DNA of 64,000 bases from NCBI GenBank assembly GCA_965112155.1, contig OZ218099.1; one strand, written 5' to 3'. The notes under the pieces were generated by a model that did not search any database, was not told the DNA's origin, and saw only the letters and a program-made list of their open reading frames with translations. The stretch comes from Podarcis liolepis (taxonomy: Eukaryota). Shown here one piece after another: positions 27,041-40,705 of the stretch; within the stretch, counting starts at the first letter, position 1, and each line of letters starts with the position of its first letter. The translations under genes were made by a program, and so were the position numbers.

Positions 27041-27992
27041 TATATCAAGCTTCACTTGGAGTCTGCTAGTTACTGGAAACAACACAAGCCAGCCAGCTCC
27101 CTCCTCCCAGACCCAACTCCTTTGCCTGCCTTGCTTTCTTAAGAATCTCTTCAGTTTCTGACCCCTAGACTCCTGCTTATCAATGCTGACCCTTGATTAC
27201 ATTTGGATCCAGATTGGATTTCTCTGACCTTGGTTTGACCTGAGCCTTGCTTTCTGGACTCTCTTTCCAAACTTTTGGTGATAGTGTATGTGGGACTAAG
27301 GCTGCAGTGGGTTCCACTGGGGACCTGCCTCCACTTAGCTCACAAACTCCAGCCAGAGCATGGCATGATCTTATTTAGGATCCTTAACTTTACAGTGAAG
27401 GCTGAGCATTCAGAAGATAATGCCACAAGTTTATGGGTGACCCTTCCCAAAAGTCAATAGAAGCTGACTTAGAACTCAGTGCCCTCACTCACAGGATTAA
27501 GCCATGTAAGAAAGGAAGCAGAGTAAATTTTGCACTCCCATTTGTGTACATATAATGACTCACAATGCACTGCATCAAGCGTTAAATTTGTGGGGTTTTG
27601 CTTTCTTTGAGGTACCACTCCTACAATATTATGCAGTTCCCACACTCAGTTCTTCCAGTCTAGTGGGCCGCAACCTGAAATGGTTGATCATCATCAGAAG
27701 AATGTATCTAATTTGAGGAGGATTATTTTGTTTTTCCTGACTGAAGTTTGCTGTGACCAAGTTTGAAAACCCTTGCTCTAAGGAACAAGGTTACCCGTTC
27801 ATCCACTCTCCCATCTTGGGAGCAGGAATTAATTGCAGAGTAGAAATGCCAAAGTGAAGAGCTCAAATCTCATCACTGTTTAAATACCAGAGACAGATTT
27901 TTAAACAAGAGAGGGCAAAATACTGTTTTGACAGGAAAATGTCGCATAAATATTCAGAGGCCCTTGTTCCTTTTCATTTCGTTTTCTTTTAC

Positions 27993-28079
27993 CTGACACT
28001 CATGATGTTGCCTTCAGGATGTTTCTGCAAATACGCTTTCACCACCCAGGCTGTGTGCTCTCGATAGGTCATCACTCGG
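27993..28079 (-). CDS. RPTOR: Raptor coding exon 31 (87 nt): (C)RVMTYREHTAWVVKAYLQKHPEGNIMSV(S)
   Basis: Manual translation; acceptor ctcttgtag|C, donor AG|gtaaaa. Confidence 0.96.
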
Positions 28080-28699
28080 CTACAAGAGAGAGGCGAAACT
28101 TTGTAAGACAAAGCTGGAAAAAGGCCAGAAACCAACTCATGAACCATAAATGTGAAAGGGAAACCATCTGCTTGGTGTGGCTAGGTTCCCAGTTAGGTAA
28201 GTTGCAAGACTTTGAACCAGAGATTTTGAGTACGGGCATTATATTTTACAACGGCATGTTCCAAAATGTACTCTGGTGTGTGCTGTAATTGGTCAGATAA
28301 AGCATAAGAGGAAATGAGAGGGGAGGAGAAAAGGAATGGGGAATGACCCCATGTTTTTGCTTTAGGACATAATAAGCAAATGTCTTAGTAGAAACTTAGC
28401 TCTGCTGTCTTTTACAACTTATGTATTTCAGGAAGAAGAAAAATCAATGCAATATTCTTCTCCCCTTCTTTAAAAAACAAAACAAAACTGTAAAAAGTTA
28501 TTTCTCTTGCAGCTCAAGTTGATAAAAATTGCATCACCTCATAGCATTTGTTTCCAGGTCATAGCTTTTTTGAAATGAGTAGGTGAGAAATATAGAGTCC
28601 GACAGGTAATCCCTGAGCAAATGGTGATAGAAGGTTATGGTAGGGTTTGAATAATGTTGGTGCTAGAGGGCACATGGAGCCTTGAATTGAGGTAAGTTA

Positions 28700-28813
28700 T
28701 CATGAGTGCTTAACCACAGAGCCATCAAATGATAGACGTGCTTCACACAATTGCAGGGGGTTGGACTAGATGACTATCGTGGTTCTTTCCAATTCTACAA
28801 TTCTATGATTCTA
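28700..28813 (+). mobile_element. CR1 LINE 3' end
   Basis: ggggttggactagatga...ttctacaattctatgattctat, the CR1 (ATTCTRTG)n terminus. Confidence 0.75.
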
Positions 28814-28828
28814 TTTATTTATTTATAA

Positions 28829-29188
28829 GGGACGCGGGTGGCGCTGTGGGTAATACCTCAGCGCCTAGGACTTGCCGATCGCATGGTCGGCGGTTCGAAT
28901 CCCCGCGGCAGGGTGCGCTCCCATTGCTCGGTCCCAGCGCCTGCCAACCTAGCAGTTCAAAAGCACCCTTGGGTGCAAGTAGATAAATAGGGACCGCTTA
29001 CTATCGGGAAGGTAAACGGCGTTTCCGTGTGCGGCTCTGGCTTGCCAGATGCAGCTTCGTCACACTGGCCACGTGACCCGGAAGTGTCTGCGGACAGCGC
29101 TGGCTCCCGGCCTATAGAGTGAGATGAGCGCACAACCCTAGAGTCTGTCAAGACTGGCCCGTACGGGCAGGGGTACTTTTACCTTTAC
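28829..29188 (+). mobile_element. Full-length Sauria SINE (Squam1), divergent subfamily
   Basis: gggacgcgggtggcgctgtggg head, B box ggttcgaatccc, (accttt) tail, flanking duplication gattctattta. Confidence 0.9.
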
Positions 29189-29494
29189 GATTCTATTTAG
29201 ACAATAATGTAAAGATTCTAGAAATTAAGACCCTCAGTATTGTGCCCCTTGTTTAATGTAATCTACAAAATATGGGAAGACATCCTCTTAAGGTGCTGCA
29301 AACCAGAAGACGGGATGCGATGGGGGAAAGAGCCTCTTACCAGAGAAGATTCATATAGCACAATTTCTACTATGCCATCACAAAGTTTTTTTTAAAAGAG
29401 AAGTTCTGCAGTGGTGCAAGGGAAATTGCCCAAACATTAGAAATGGACTCCCCACCCCCCACTCTGCACTCCCTAGAAAAAAATGGATGTATTC

Positions 29495-29727
29495 AATAGG
29501 TTGTATTCAACCACGTTGAACTTCATGCACAGAACAACTCCAGTGAGTGCAATGGAACTTCCCCTTCCTCTCCTACCATGCCATGTGATCCCCAAATTTG
29601 CTCTAGGGAGTCCCCTATCTCTCTGGAGCATACCTGGGAGTAGAATAGGGCTGCATTGGACCTGGAGAGGGAAAGGAAGTTCCACTGCACTTGCACGCAC
29701 ACAATAATTTAGCTGGATTCAACCCAA
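29495..29727. mobile_element. Palindromic MITE-like element
   Basis: Inverted arms gtgcaatggaacttcc / ggaagttccactgcac. Confidence 0.5.
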
Positions 29728-29759
29728 TATCCTTTTCACATTACGTTTTCACACATGCT

Positions 29760-29760
<1 letters not shown>

Positions 29761-29813
<53 letters not shown>
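29761..29813 (+). repeat. (TAA)n microsatellite
   Basis: Direct reading. Confidence 0.97.
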
Positions 29814-29814
<1 letters not shown>

Positions 29815-29942
29815 GGATGGGGTTTCCAAGAACAGCCATATCTCTAGCGTGTTTGGAGGCATTGAAACAACGACAAGAAAAGTAGTAGTGAATGCAAAGT
29901 GAATGCAACTTGCTAATTGTAAAAATTAGATAAGTCTCTTAC

Positions 29943-30070
29943 CATTCGCTAAGAGCCATCCGCCGGTCATAAACACGAACCGAACCATCACCAAGCCCTG
30001 CTACAATGAGCGAACGATGCGAGTCACAGGACAGGCTGGTGACACAGCTGTCAGCCCCTGTGGGAATATC
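29943..30070 (-). CDS. RPTOR: Raptor coding exon 30 (128 nt): DIPTGADSCVTSLSCDSHRSLIVAGLGDGSVRVYDRRMALSE(C)
   Basis: Manual translation; acceptor tctcctag|GAT, donor TG|gtaaga. Confidence 0.97.
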
Positions 30071-30574
30071 CTAGGAGAGAAGAACACAGTCCTAAGCTAA
30101 GACAGCTGGGAGATTTTAAGTGCACTGGCCATATATATAGCCCAGTGTTACCCCTGCAGTGGAGTCCACACATGAGCATTGATGCTGAATAATGGTAACA
30201 AGGTGGTTGTGACAGCTTTACCATGCAGGCTCAGATTTTGGCTTAAGACTGGGGGTGAACAAATTGCCTCTGGAAACAAACTAACTTCTGGTAGTGAAAA
30301 GGGCTGAAGTTTTTAAAATAAGCACAGAACATGACTGTGCAGGACCAGGGCAATGAAGACATCAAGGACACCTATTCTGAGCTGCAGCACCCGGCTAATT
30401 GGTTCTTTTCTTCCAGCAAAGAGGAAGGCATAAATATTATCAGAACAGCATTATCTCCACGGTGAGATGCAGGAACTTGTGTGGGTCTATGCCTTATTAT
30501 GTATTAAAATTTCTATATTGGATAATACTAATTTTAATAAAAAATGTCTTAGGTCTGTTTCACATGGTTTAAGT

Positions 30575-30829
30575 CAGGGGTCAGCAAACTTTTTCAGCAG
30601 GGGGCCGGTCCACTGTCCCTCAGACCTTGTGGGGGGCCAGGACTATATTTTGAAAAAAAAAAAAATGAACCAAATTCCTATGCCCCACAAATAACCCAGA
30701 GATGCATTTTAAATAAAAGGACACATTCTACTCATGTAAAAACACGCCGATTCCCGGACCACCTGCAGGCTGGATTTAGAAGGCAACTGGGCCAGATCTG
30801 GCCCTTGGGCTTTAGTTTGCCTACCCATA
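30575..30829. mobile_element. hAT-type non-autonomous DNA transposon
   Basis: TIR-like ends caggggtcagcaaact ... agtttgcctaccca. Confidence 0.7.
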
Positions 30830-33800
30830 GTTTGTTTTGGAAAATGTAATCTGGGCTACTTTACACCTATATGCATACTGGTATATATGAAAATTGGGTC
30901 ATGAGTTTCCTTTTGACTGTGGTATATATTTCACACAAGTGTTCATCAACTTCCTGATGTGTCTACTCACTAAAGCAAACTTTTGCATTGGAACAAATAG
31001 CATGTGATCTTAGCCCTTAAGTTTCAAGGGAAGCCCTGATTAACCACATTAAAAAGTCCTAATTAACTAAGATAAATGTCCAGGAGGAGATTCTTTTCCG
31101 CAAAAACATATTTGTCCCTGACCAGCCATAAATACTACATTGAAGGGCAGGATGGATAGATGAGTGCTGTTTAAACAAACACACACCATTTCCCTGGAGA
31201 GAAATAAATCTGTTGCAGCTGAAAATACACCTGGCAGCTAACTAGTGCATGTAGGAGAGGTATGTTATGGCAGCCATTGCTTTCTAAATAAGTACCTACT
31301 AAAGGAAGAACTCTGCAGGGCAATAGCTGTTTATTGGGCATTAGATCAGGCCACAAATGCCACAAAAGCAGATTAAATATATATTTAAGAGCAGAAAGCA
31401 CTGAGAAGGGAACTAACAGCAGGAAGGCCTGGTGAGAAGGAGACACTTCTTATGCACCCAGTCAAATAGCAAAGGTGAATTACTAAAAGTGGCAGAGCTA
31501 CAAAGAGAACTGCAAATGCAACTAGCCTTTCTACTTCACATTTTTTTTGTGCAGCATTTTAAGGGTGATTATAAAAGTACATAGCCTGCCATGAACTCTA
31601 AAGCCCTGCATTTCCTCTGGGGAGAAAGACGTTACCAAAAAGTGTTTCCTTTTAAATGATGGAAGCTGTTCCACTTTGACACGCTGCTGCTCCCCAAGCC
31701 TTGCAGCAAAAAGGTTTACAGCCCTTTCTAATCTCTTTGGAGTCAGGAATTCTCCCTCATATTTTTATGGAAAATAAACTGTGCAAGATGAAACATTGCA
31801 TGCCCATGGTCAAGGTTGAAATAGAAACCTGCAGTCCTGACAGGCTGCAACAAGATTCTGTGCTGCATGTGTTCATGCTCTGCAGAAAAATGGTAAGAAC
31901 AGAAACCAAGGGCAGTGTACTTTATGAAAGAACAACTCTGGAAAATAATAAACACAAAGAGCAATGCTGGCATATTGTTGGAAAGACACCCGACAACGTT
32001 ATTCTAAGGCTATAGCCCTTTCCTCTTTATGTGCTACGCATAACAGAACTGTGCGGAATAATAAGAGTGCAGCTGTGAAAAAGAAAAACAGTTTCAATTA
32101 AGCAACCAAAAAATTGAGCAACATTTTCAAACTAGCATAATAATCAGAACTGGCTCTGCAAAATTATGTTAGCTAATTTCACACCTCCTTCCTATTTTTG
32201 CTCCTGTGAGCCTATCCGCCTTCTCTTGATGTTATTTTTTGCATTTGCTTCATAAAAAAATATTAGATTAACAGTTTACTGGAGATAAAAATCTGGCAAT
32301 CCTAGATTGAAATGGAACTGTAGCTGCATAGAGGCTCTGCAAGTTAAGATACTTTTGTGTCTCCAAATCAACTCTCTTGTAGACTCCCAGAGGGTTGAGA
32401 AAGGGCCACAATGGTGTCTATTAAATTCTTTCAAATCAGACTATAATCCAGATTAGAGTTCCATCCACAGCATGCCACAGGCAAAGAGCAGAATCTGTGG
32501 ATAAAAGGTGCTTAAGGAACAAATAGTTCCAGTTGACTGACATTACTGAGTGAAGTTTCAGGTTGCAAAGGAAAGCAATTTTGCCTTGAGCGGCGGCGGG
32601 AGTATTTCTGCAATCTGTTTGCCAACAAGATCTTTTCTGCACCTAATGTTGCATGTAGAATTCCAGCTCCATCCAACAACTGAGTTTAGTAATATGTAAA
32701 CAGCATCTTGGCAGCTATTCAGGTAACTTGTCAATTTGGAACGTGATGACACTTGGGGGAAGTGAGTGAATTTTCTACCATGAAGCTCATATGCAAATTA
32801 GTGTTCCATCCAATTAGTGGAGTGGAGCCTTGAACTAGAAGTCTGGCAAGTGGACCCAGGCATCTTTCTCATTGTGGTAACCTGCCAAATGAGAAAGTGT
32901 TCAGATTTGACCTGTTATTTGCACTAACAGCCGGTATCGGTAAGGATTGGATGTCTCAACAGGCCAAGAGGATTCCCTCTGGTCCCAAGAAGCTTCCAAG
33001 TCTACCCTGGCTCCGCAGCATGAGAAACCCAATGCACAGATGCACTGCTTTCACAGTGCTCATCCCTGCTTACCCATGTGCCAACTTGATTTCCTGTTTG
33101 AACCCTTAGCTTGGCTTAGTTGGTGCCTGCTTGCTGCAGACCACCATTCTTGGCAGATATCTAATAACCTAGATAAGCTATGGCAGCAGTAGCTAACCCC
33201 CAAGCACTCTCCCAAGTCCTTGGCAGCAAAAAGAAGGATGAGGGTCAAATTAAACACAGTGCTGGGGCAAACAGATAGGTTTAAGCTTCTCCCCACCCCC
33301 CAGTCCAGTTCCCTGATGGAGATGCAAACTGTGTCCACCCTGGTGATCAGGTCAATCATTTAATGGACGGGGAGGGGGCATGGCCTTGCTGTGAAGACAG
33401 CATCACACATGGGAGTGTGATCTAGCTGCACCTGCTGCTGCCTTGCAGTTTTGGGAGGGTTGGGTCAACAGTGAATGCAGACCTTGGGCCAAAAAAAGTC
33501 ATCCACTCCTGGGATGCAGACTAGTTCAGTTGAGATTTTATTGTACCAACTGTGTTGGATCATCAAAGCTATTGAATCAATAGAAGTGTTATTCCAAATT
33601 CTCCCTTTCTGCAAGAAAACCATTAAACTAGTAACAAACTATTCTAAAATTGCCCCCCCATCTGTTTCAAGTATATAAGCCCATGCACCCACCCACAATC
33701 TATGATTCTCACCATCTCCTACCAACCTAGTACCCAACATATTCTCAGTGGCTCAAATAATGGGCAGTGGCATTTCTGAATATGACTACTATGTTTCTGC

Positions 33801-35158
33801 TGCTCTGGGTTTTGCAGTATGATTAAGTCTTGATCCCCCGAATCACTGCAAAAACCAATTTGCACTGTTTAAGAAATAAAATGCCTTTAAGATGCTCTCC
33901 GTACAATCATTAATCATTCTAATTTAAAATATTTTCACCCTGCTGATTTCTGATGTTCTCTAATTTGCACAGATAAAATAATATTTGAAAATAATTAAGA
34001 TTAGCATAGGCTTAGTTGTGCTGCATTGCTGGGTCAAAGTGCCATAATTAATGTTCATCCAGAGGTAATTAATTTCCAAAAGATTTGTAGACTAGACTTT
34101 ATTTCCCACAGCAGCTTAGACAGAGATGTTACCTCTCATTATGTGGCTGAAGAGGTGGCTTGATTTAATGGCAACTGACGTGAATGTACATGGTTTTTTT
34201 GCTAAGGTGAGTGGCACGATAGCTCAAGCAACAAGGCGGCTAAAACTGCTCTGTTCCTTTGTCAGTCTCCATGCCTATAGAATAGGAGGAACAAGGCTGG
34301 CTCTGTCATGATGTGAAGTGTAGTAGGTGACTTTAGGTGGCAGATAGAGAGGAATGGCGTTTGGGGGGCTGCCAAAGGCACATAGATGCTATAAGGGACT
34401 TTTAGGCTTGCCAACTAGTCAGTTTCTAGCACACATAGACAGGGTTGGCCCAGACACTGCTCTGTGCATTCAATATAATGAATTTAAATTTGCTGTCACT
34501 CAGCCTCTGCCATTGTAAGCTGGATCTTCTTAGTCCTGGCAGTGAATGACAGTCAGGAAAAAGCTTGGCTGGCTTGTTGTTCCACTGTGGGATGTGTCAG
34601 CTGCCTGCACTCCTAAAGTTTCCTTGGATCATGGTTAGAGATGCATGTGAAGAAAAGGATGGGAGCTTACCACTGCCAAGCGAGAGGAGGAAGAACAGCT
34701 CAAAGAAATGCTACAGCCAGCAACAGCCAATCAGGGCCAGCTTCCTCTGCCATTGTGTGCATGTGTGTGAATGCATACATGAGAGAAAGTGCTTGTCTGT
34801 ATGCTTCTTGTGTGTGTCTGCATGAGAGATGGTATTAGTGCATCTTTGCTTCTTTTATCTGTCATGTGCACAGTGTTGGTTTTTTGCTAGAAAAAAAACA
34901 CAGAATGTGCACATATATGTAAGAGAGAATGCAATTTTGGATTGTGCCTGTGTAAATGAGTAATGGGTCTTTGTAACATTTCCTACATTGTTAAATTCCT
35001 TGATCACATAATGCATGATCTGTAGTTTGAGGGTTGGTTGACTTTCTTGAGCTATGTATTCTGCATGTATTTCCTTCAGTACTCTAAAAGGGATTCGCTT
35101 TAGATTGTCCTTGGAACTAGTTTCAGTGTTCCTCATATGTGAATGTCAGATGGCCTTA

Positions 35159-35510
35159 AAGGTAAAGGGGACCCCTGACTGTTAGGTCCAGTCGCGAACG
35201 ACTTTGGGGTTGCGGCACTCATTTTGCTTTACTGGCCGAGGGAGCCGGCGTACAGCTTCTGGGTCATGTGGCCAGCATGACTAAGCCGCTTCTGGCAAAC
35301 GAGAGCAGCGCATGGAAACACCATTTACCTTCCCACCGGAGCGGTACCTATTTATCTACTTGCACTTTGACGTGCTTTCAAACTGCTAGGTTGGCAGGAA
35401 CAGGGACCGAACAATGGGAGCTCACCCTGTCGCGGGGATTCAAACCGCCAACCTTTTGATCGGCAAGCCCTAGGCTCTGTGGTTTAGAGCACAGCGCCAC
35501 CTGTGTCCTT
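35159..35510 (-). mobile_element. Full-length Sauria SINE (Squam1)
   Basis: Reverse complement of the Sauria SINE; 13-bp TSD tcagatggcctta at 35146-35158 and 35511-35523. Confidence 0.92.
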
Positions 35511-35901
35511 TCAGATGGCCTTATGAATACAAATTTGTCCCCACGGTCCAGATGTTCACAGGAAATGATGTTTCAAGGCTCAGGCTGAAAGTGCTTGAGG
35601 TGCACCAAGCATTTTATCTTTGCAAGGTATCTGGTACTTCAGCATGCTTTTTAAACAAAATGTATCACAGGTACACAGGCATGATTCACCCCATTTGTAA
35701 GTGACGCTGGTCCCACATTCCACCCCACATAAACTTTTTGACATCCATGTAGAAGCATTTCCACAGACACCTTCTGTATTGAGTTCAGGAATTATCTCAT
35801 TAACAAGTAGCCTTTTGAGTGGCGAAATTAGCAGCACAAGACATTTCTCTGTTTCAGATTGCTTAAATACCAGATCCATAAGCAATATATATTGTGCTTA
35901 C

Positions 35902-36008
35902 CTGAACTTTCATTTCTCGGTCTGTATCCCAGATTCTTATAATCCGTACATCTCCAGAAGTCATGAGAAGGCCAGTTTCCTGTTCCCAGTCCACCACCAT
36001 CCCTGCTC
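35902..36008 (-). CDS. RPTOR: Raptor coding exon 29 (107 nt): (G)AGMVVDWEQETGLLMTSGDVRIIRIWDTDREMKVQ
   Basis: Manual translation; acceptor tttcctcag|GA, donor CAG|gtaagc. Confidence 0.97.
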
Positions 36009-39000
36009 CTGAGGAAAGAAAAAGGTGTGCCATACAAATTTATTCTTGGTACATGTGGACAGATGAAATAAGTCAGAACATTGTGGGAATGAAATCTTCC
36101 GGTCAAGCAGAGCAATCCAACACAATGAGTGCACTGTGCATCAATGTTAGAATGTGGTAGGTACTGTGGACTTTGGGAAGTGGCAAGTTTTGAGAAAAAT
36201 ATATAACGGGGTGCAGGGTGGTGGTGGTGGCAGCCTTCAACAGTGGTTTCTGGTTGATTTCATTTGAATGGTTTTATTCACAGGAGTCACAAACTGCTTG
36301 TATGATACACAAAAGTGAGGGGAAAGTGTTTTAGTAATTATCTGTCCCCCTGTTTTTGTTCCCAGGGAAGAAAAAGACCATTCCTCTCCAATATAGCCAT
36401 AAGGTTTTTGTTTTGCTTTGCTTTTTTAACATAGAGATAACCAGTAAATTGCATTAGGCATGGAAACACTCAAATGAATTTGTTGCAGTGATACGACCTT
36501 CTCTTGTTTCTAATCAACAAAATCCAATGCAACATGTGTTTTTTCTCTGGTTTCTGTACCTGGGTTCCTTTATAAGGAGGTTGGGCTGCGATGACAAATG
36601 GCTCTGAAACAATTTAGGATTCATAGCAGTCTCTCCCTTAACCCAACAAGGCAGCAGTTGATTCTTCCTGCCACCCTCACTATGACTTCCACCAGGGCCT
36701 TTTATAGGATAACAAAACAGAACCCAAATAACGACTAATGCACCAATCTTCTGAAAGAGAAGTACTATGAAAAGTACCCAGCCCCACCAAAAGACCAGAT
36801 ATCTAGTCAAAAGATAAAAGCAAACTCTTGCATTTTTTAATCTTTTAACAGCAAAAACATGTAGCACTCCCTTAGATACTAACTGCCACCGTAAGGGCAG
36901 TAGCACCATAATGCAGGGGGACATTTATTTCTTATTTTAATGCATTTCTATAATGCTTTGTACTGAGTAAGTTTTTGAAGTGGGGTGCAGCAAAATAATA
37001 AAATCATATAATAAAAACTATTAGCTTTATCCAACCAAGGTCTATATACAACTCTATATAAACAGCAAATGGTATTGAAAGTCAATGAGAGATCATGCAG
37101 AAGTTGCAGGGTCGTACATCCCATGCCCCTCTCCTGATAAAGATCCATCAGGGCAACCAAGGAAGATTCAGTCCCCATAACAGGCCTGAGTCCAGACTGG
37201 AACGTGTCTAGAGATAATCAGTATCCTCCAAGAGTGCCTGCAGCTGGGACATCAAGACATCATAACAGCAGCACAAACGTTCTCCTAGTGCTATAAACAC
37301 AAGCAGCTATTAAGGGTCTTGTAGGACAAAAAAAAGGGGGAAGCTACTTCTCTTGCCCGCCTTGGATCGTCACCTGCTAGAGGTGCTGCTGCTGCACATC
37401 ACATTGCAGATCCTGATTTTATCAGGGGGTTGGATTGCATGACCTCCCAGTCCCTTTCCAACTCTATGAGTATGATCAAGGTATATGCTCTGAAAGCATC
37501 TTCCTAATTATCTTTGTCTTCATTCCCTTCATCCAGTGGCCACGCCCAGGCCCACTTTAATGTTTCTTGTGGCCTGCTGGAAATGCCGGCTGCCAAAACA
37601 CCTGAGCAAGTATGGAACTTGGGGGCTGCCCTTGGGCCCTTCGTTTGCTCTTACTGCAAGCAATGGGGGCGCAGGGTGGGAGGGAGAGAATGGCAGCAAA
37701 ACGGACAGTGCATATTTTTATCTGGACATACAAACTTATTGTTTCTTCAGCTTCCTTGGCAACTTGGAGGGGTGCTACAGATTCAGAGCAAGCAAAAAGG
37801 CGGCAGTTTAGATTATAAGCACCTCTAAAGCATTTTGCGTTTGTCATCCTGTTTATGGTCCGTATGACAAGATAAACCCAGCAGGCTTGAGATGGATGAT
37901 GCCTTTTCATCTTAAGCAGGCAGCACTCTAGGAAGAGATGCTTAAGCTGCCAGTTTCTCAGTCATTCATACTTACATTTCAGCACAAGAATCTTAACACT
38001 GTTTCAGCAGCAACATAATCTGCAGACCACACATACACAATATGTGGGTTTTTCTCCTTGCTTGTATGGCATGGTACCTTTGTTTACTTAGTGTCTGGAG
38101 GAAGTTGTCAGGTAGATGAGTCTGACTTTAGACTAGACGGACCGGTGGGTAATCACAATGTCCTGGGAGGAACTAAGCTGCCTATGACTGATGCTTTTAT
38201 AGCTTTTTGGATCAACTACTGTAATGTCTCTTTGTGGGACTCCATGGAGGTGTGGAGCTATTCTGCTCTCACATCTTCCCAGAACACAAAATAAAGTGTT
38301 CAACATTTAACTACCTCGTGAACAGAATGCTAAATAAAGGAGGAAGGATTTAAATTCCTGGCTCTGCCATAGTCTGACTGACCTTGAGTAAGACATCTGT
38401 TCTTGCCCAAGTCTCACTTCTTACAACTGTGAAATGGGGTTAATAAAGTAATTCTCTCTCTTTTGTGGGAAGGGAAGCAGAAAAAGAATGTTCATCATAC
38501 ATCACGTAAAAGGAGTTGGCTCTCTTGAAAGGTTTAACTGTGTGGAATGAACAAGACTCTACTCTTTAGTGGACGATATACAGATTTCTTCCTGAAGACT
38601 AATGAAAAATGTAAGCCTCTGCAAACGGGTGAGAAGGACTCCCTTCTTTATGCTGCTCTATAAAAATGGAAGCAGTCACTGTCTGAGCAATGGGGGTTCT
38701 GCTGAATCTTTAGCAGTTAATGACAAATATTGCTTCTCAATATGCTTATTTGCCTTTTGTCTCCTTCCCCAGTCACTTGTGTTTTATGAGAACTGCCTTC
38801 CTCTGTAAGTAGTGTGCTCTGGATTCTCAGCTGCTTCACTAAATCTTGGCAACTTCTTTGGCAACTATGCTCAAGAGGAAGTGACCTGGCCTGTTCCCAC
38901 ATAGTTCCAGGCAAACGATGCCGTCAGTGATAACAACCATTTTACAATATAAGGAAGCAGGGGAACCCTTTTTGGCCCTTGACAGAATATAGACTACGCT

Positions 39001-40479
39001 CTTCCTCCATGTAGTGACATGGAGGTTTATGTAGCTCTTGCCACCAGAGGGTGCCCATGTGCTGAGAACTAGGATGGCACAGCATCCCTCCACTCTCAAA
39101 GGATTGCAGCAGACAAGCAGAATCTGAGATGTTTAAGATGTGTTTTTAAACCCATTCATGAGACATGAAAAGCAAAAAAAGATCTATGGAGACAGCCGCC
39201 CTTTGCATTAAATCTAACTCATTCATAAGTGCATAAATATATAGAAAGCTATGAAATGCTAATAGAAAATGCTACATGATGATGAGCAAAGTAGCTTGTG
39301 TGCATTACCCACTTCAGGGCAAACTAATGTTTATTAAAGTAGGCCTGAGGTTTCTGGTGGTTTTCAAAGAGGGAACTATCATAACATTATTGACTCATGT
39401 TTACATCTCAAGTTCCTTGCGTCTTGCGGATCAGAGGCTCGTTGACGACTCTTGATTTCATTTTAATTAAAAAAAGAAAACCAACCTTTCCATGGGATTG
39501 GGGGATGTGGGGCACAGAGTCAAGACGACAGATCTTTTGGAGCCTTTCCAAACAATGTTCTTGCAAACAATAAAATCTGTGTGCAATTAGTTGTTTCTTA
39601 TTTGTTCCAGGAGTCCAAATGCCTGTTTGCAAAACAGTGCTCTCTGTTGCAAGGATATTGCATTTTTTCAGCACTCAAATAGCAGTATTTGTTCATGTGA
39701 AAATGCATCCATAGTTGCGAGCACAGTGCAAAGTGTGGCAGCATAAGCGTCACAGTCCTGAAGAGGACTAGTAACGCCAATAGAAATTATTGCTCTTTCA
39801 CTTCCTTATATGCTAAACGTTCCTCTGCTGTACAACTCAAATGCACAAACGCCATCCCTTCCTCTTCTAAGCAATGTCCTCCCATGTTGTGAACTGTCTT
39901 TACATAGTTATTTATTTATCTCCTGATTTTACACACACAGCAGCACAACACAACACAAACCAACCTTTGAAACTGGTTGTTTAAGATCTTTGTCAGAAGC
40001 CTCTCTCTGGATACCCCTATCTTTGAAGGTGAGGAGGGTGCCTACTGGCAATAGGGCTCTCTCAGCAGTGATGCTTCAGTTGTTTTTCTCCCCTTATCCA
40101 TTCATGTGGTGCTAGATTTGATGGTCTTTACTCAGCATCTTTTTGCTTTCCAGTGTGTTTTGTGTTACAGCTGGTTTAACATCTGTCTGCTGATGATGTT
40201 TGATTGCATTTGTTAGCATTTTAATATTTGTTGTGGTTTCTGATCATGATGTTGTGAAGCTCCCCCAGATCCAACAATCCCCTCCATGACATTCCCACAG
40301 GGCTCATGATGCAAGGTACTGCTCAGGTACTAGAGAGCTTGCTGCTATGTGCTCATGAGGAAATCTGTAATGGAGCCTACTGCCACAATTTGTTCCCAAA
40401 GAGGCAAGGTTCATGACAGCCAACATATTCTCACAGACACCACGTAAAAGAGCTTCCACCTTATTTCCATAAGGCATTA

Positions 40480-40705
40480 CAGTGGTACCTCGGGTTACAT
40501 ACGCTTCAGGTTACAGACTCCGCTAACCCAGAAATAGTACCTTGGGTTAAGAACTTTGCTTCAGGATGAGAACAGAAATCGTGCAGTGGCGGTGCAGCGG
40601 CAGCAGGAGGCCCCACTAGTTAAAGTGGTGCTTCAGGTTAACAACAGTTTCAGGTTAAGAACAGACCTCCAGAACAAATTAAGTTCTTAACTCGAGGTAC
40701 CACTG
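40480..40705. mobile_element. Tc1/mariner MITE, family A
   Basis: TA TSD, CAGTGGTACCTCG TIRs. Confidence 0.9.

Noticed and set aside
26400-27270. Possible LTR/Gypsy remnant around the MITE
   Set aside because: Too degenerate to classify without a repeat-library search
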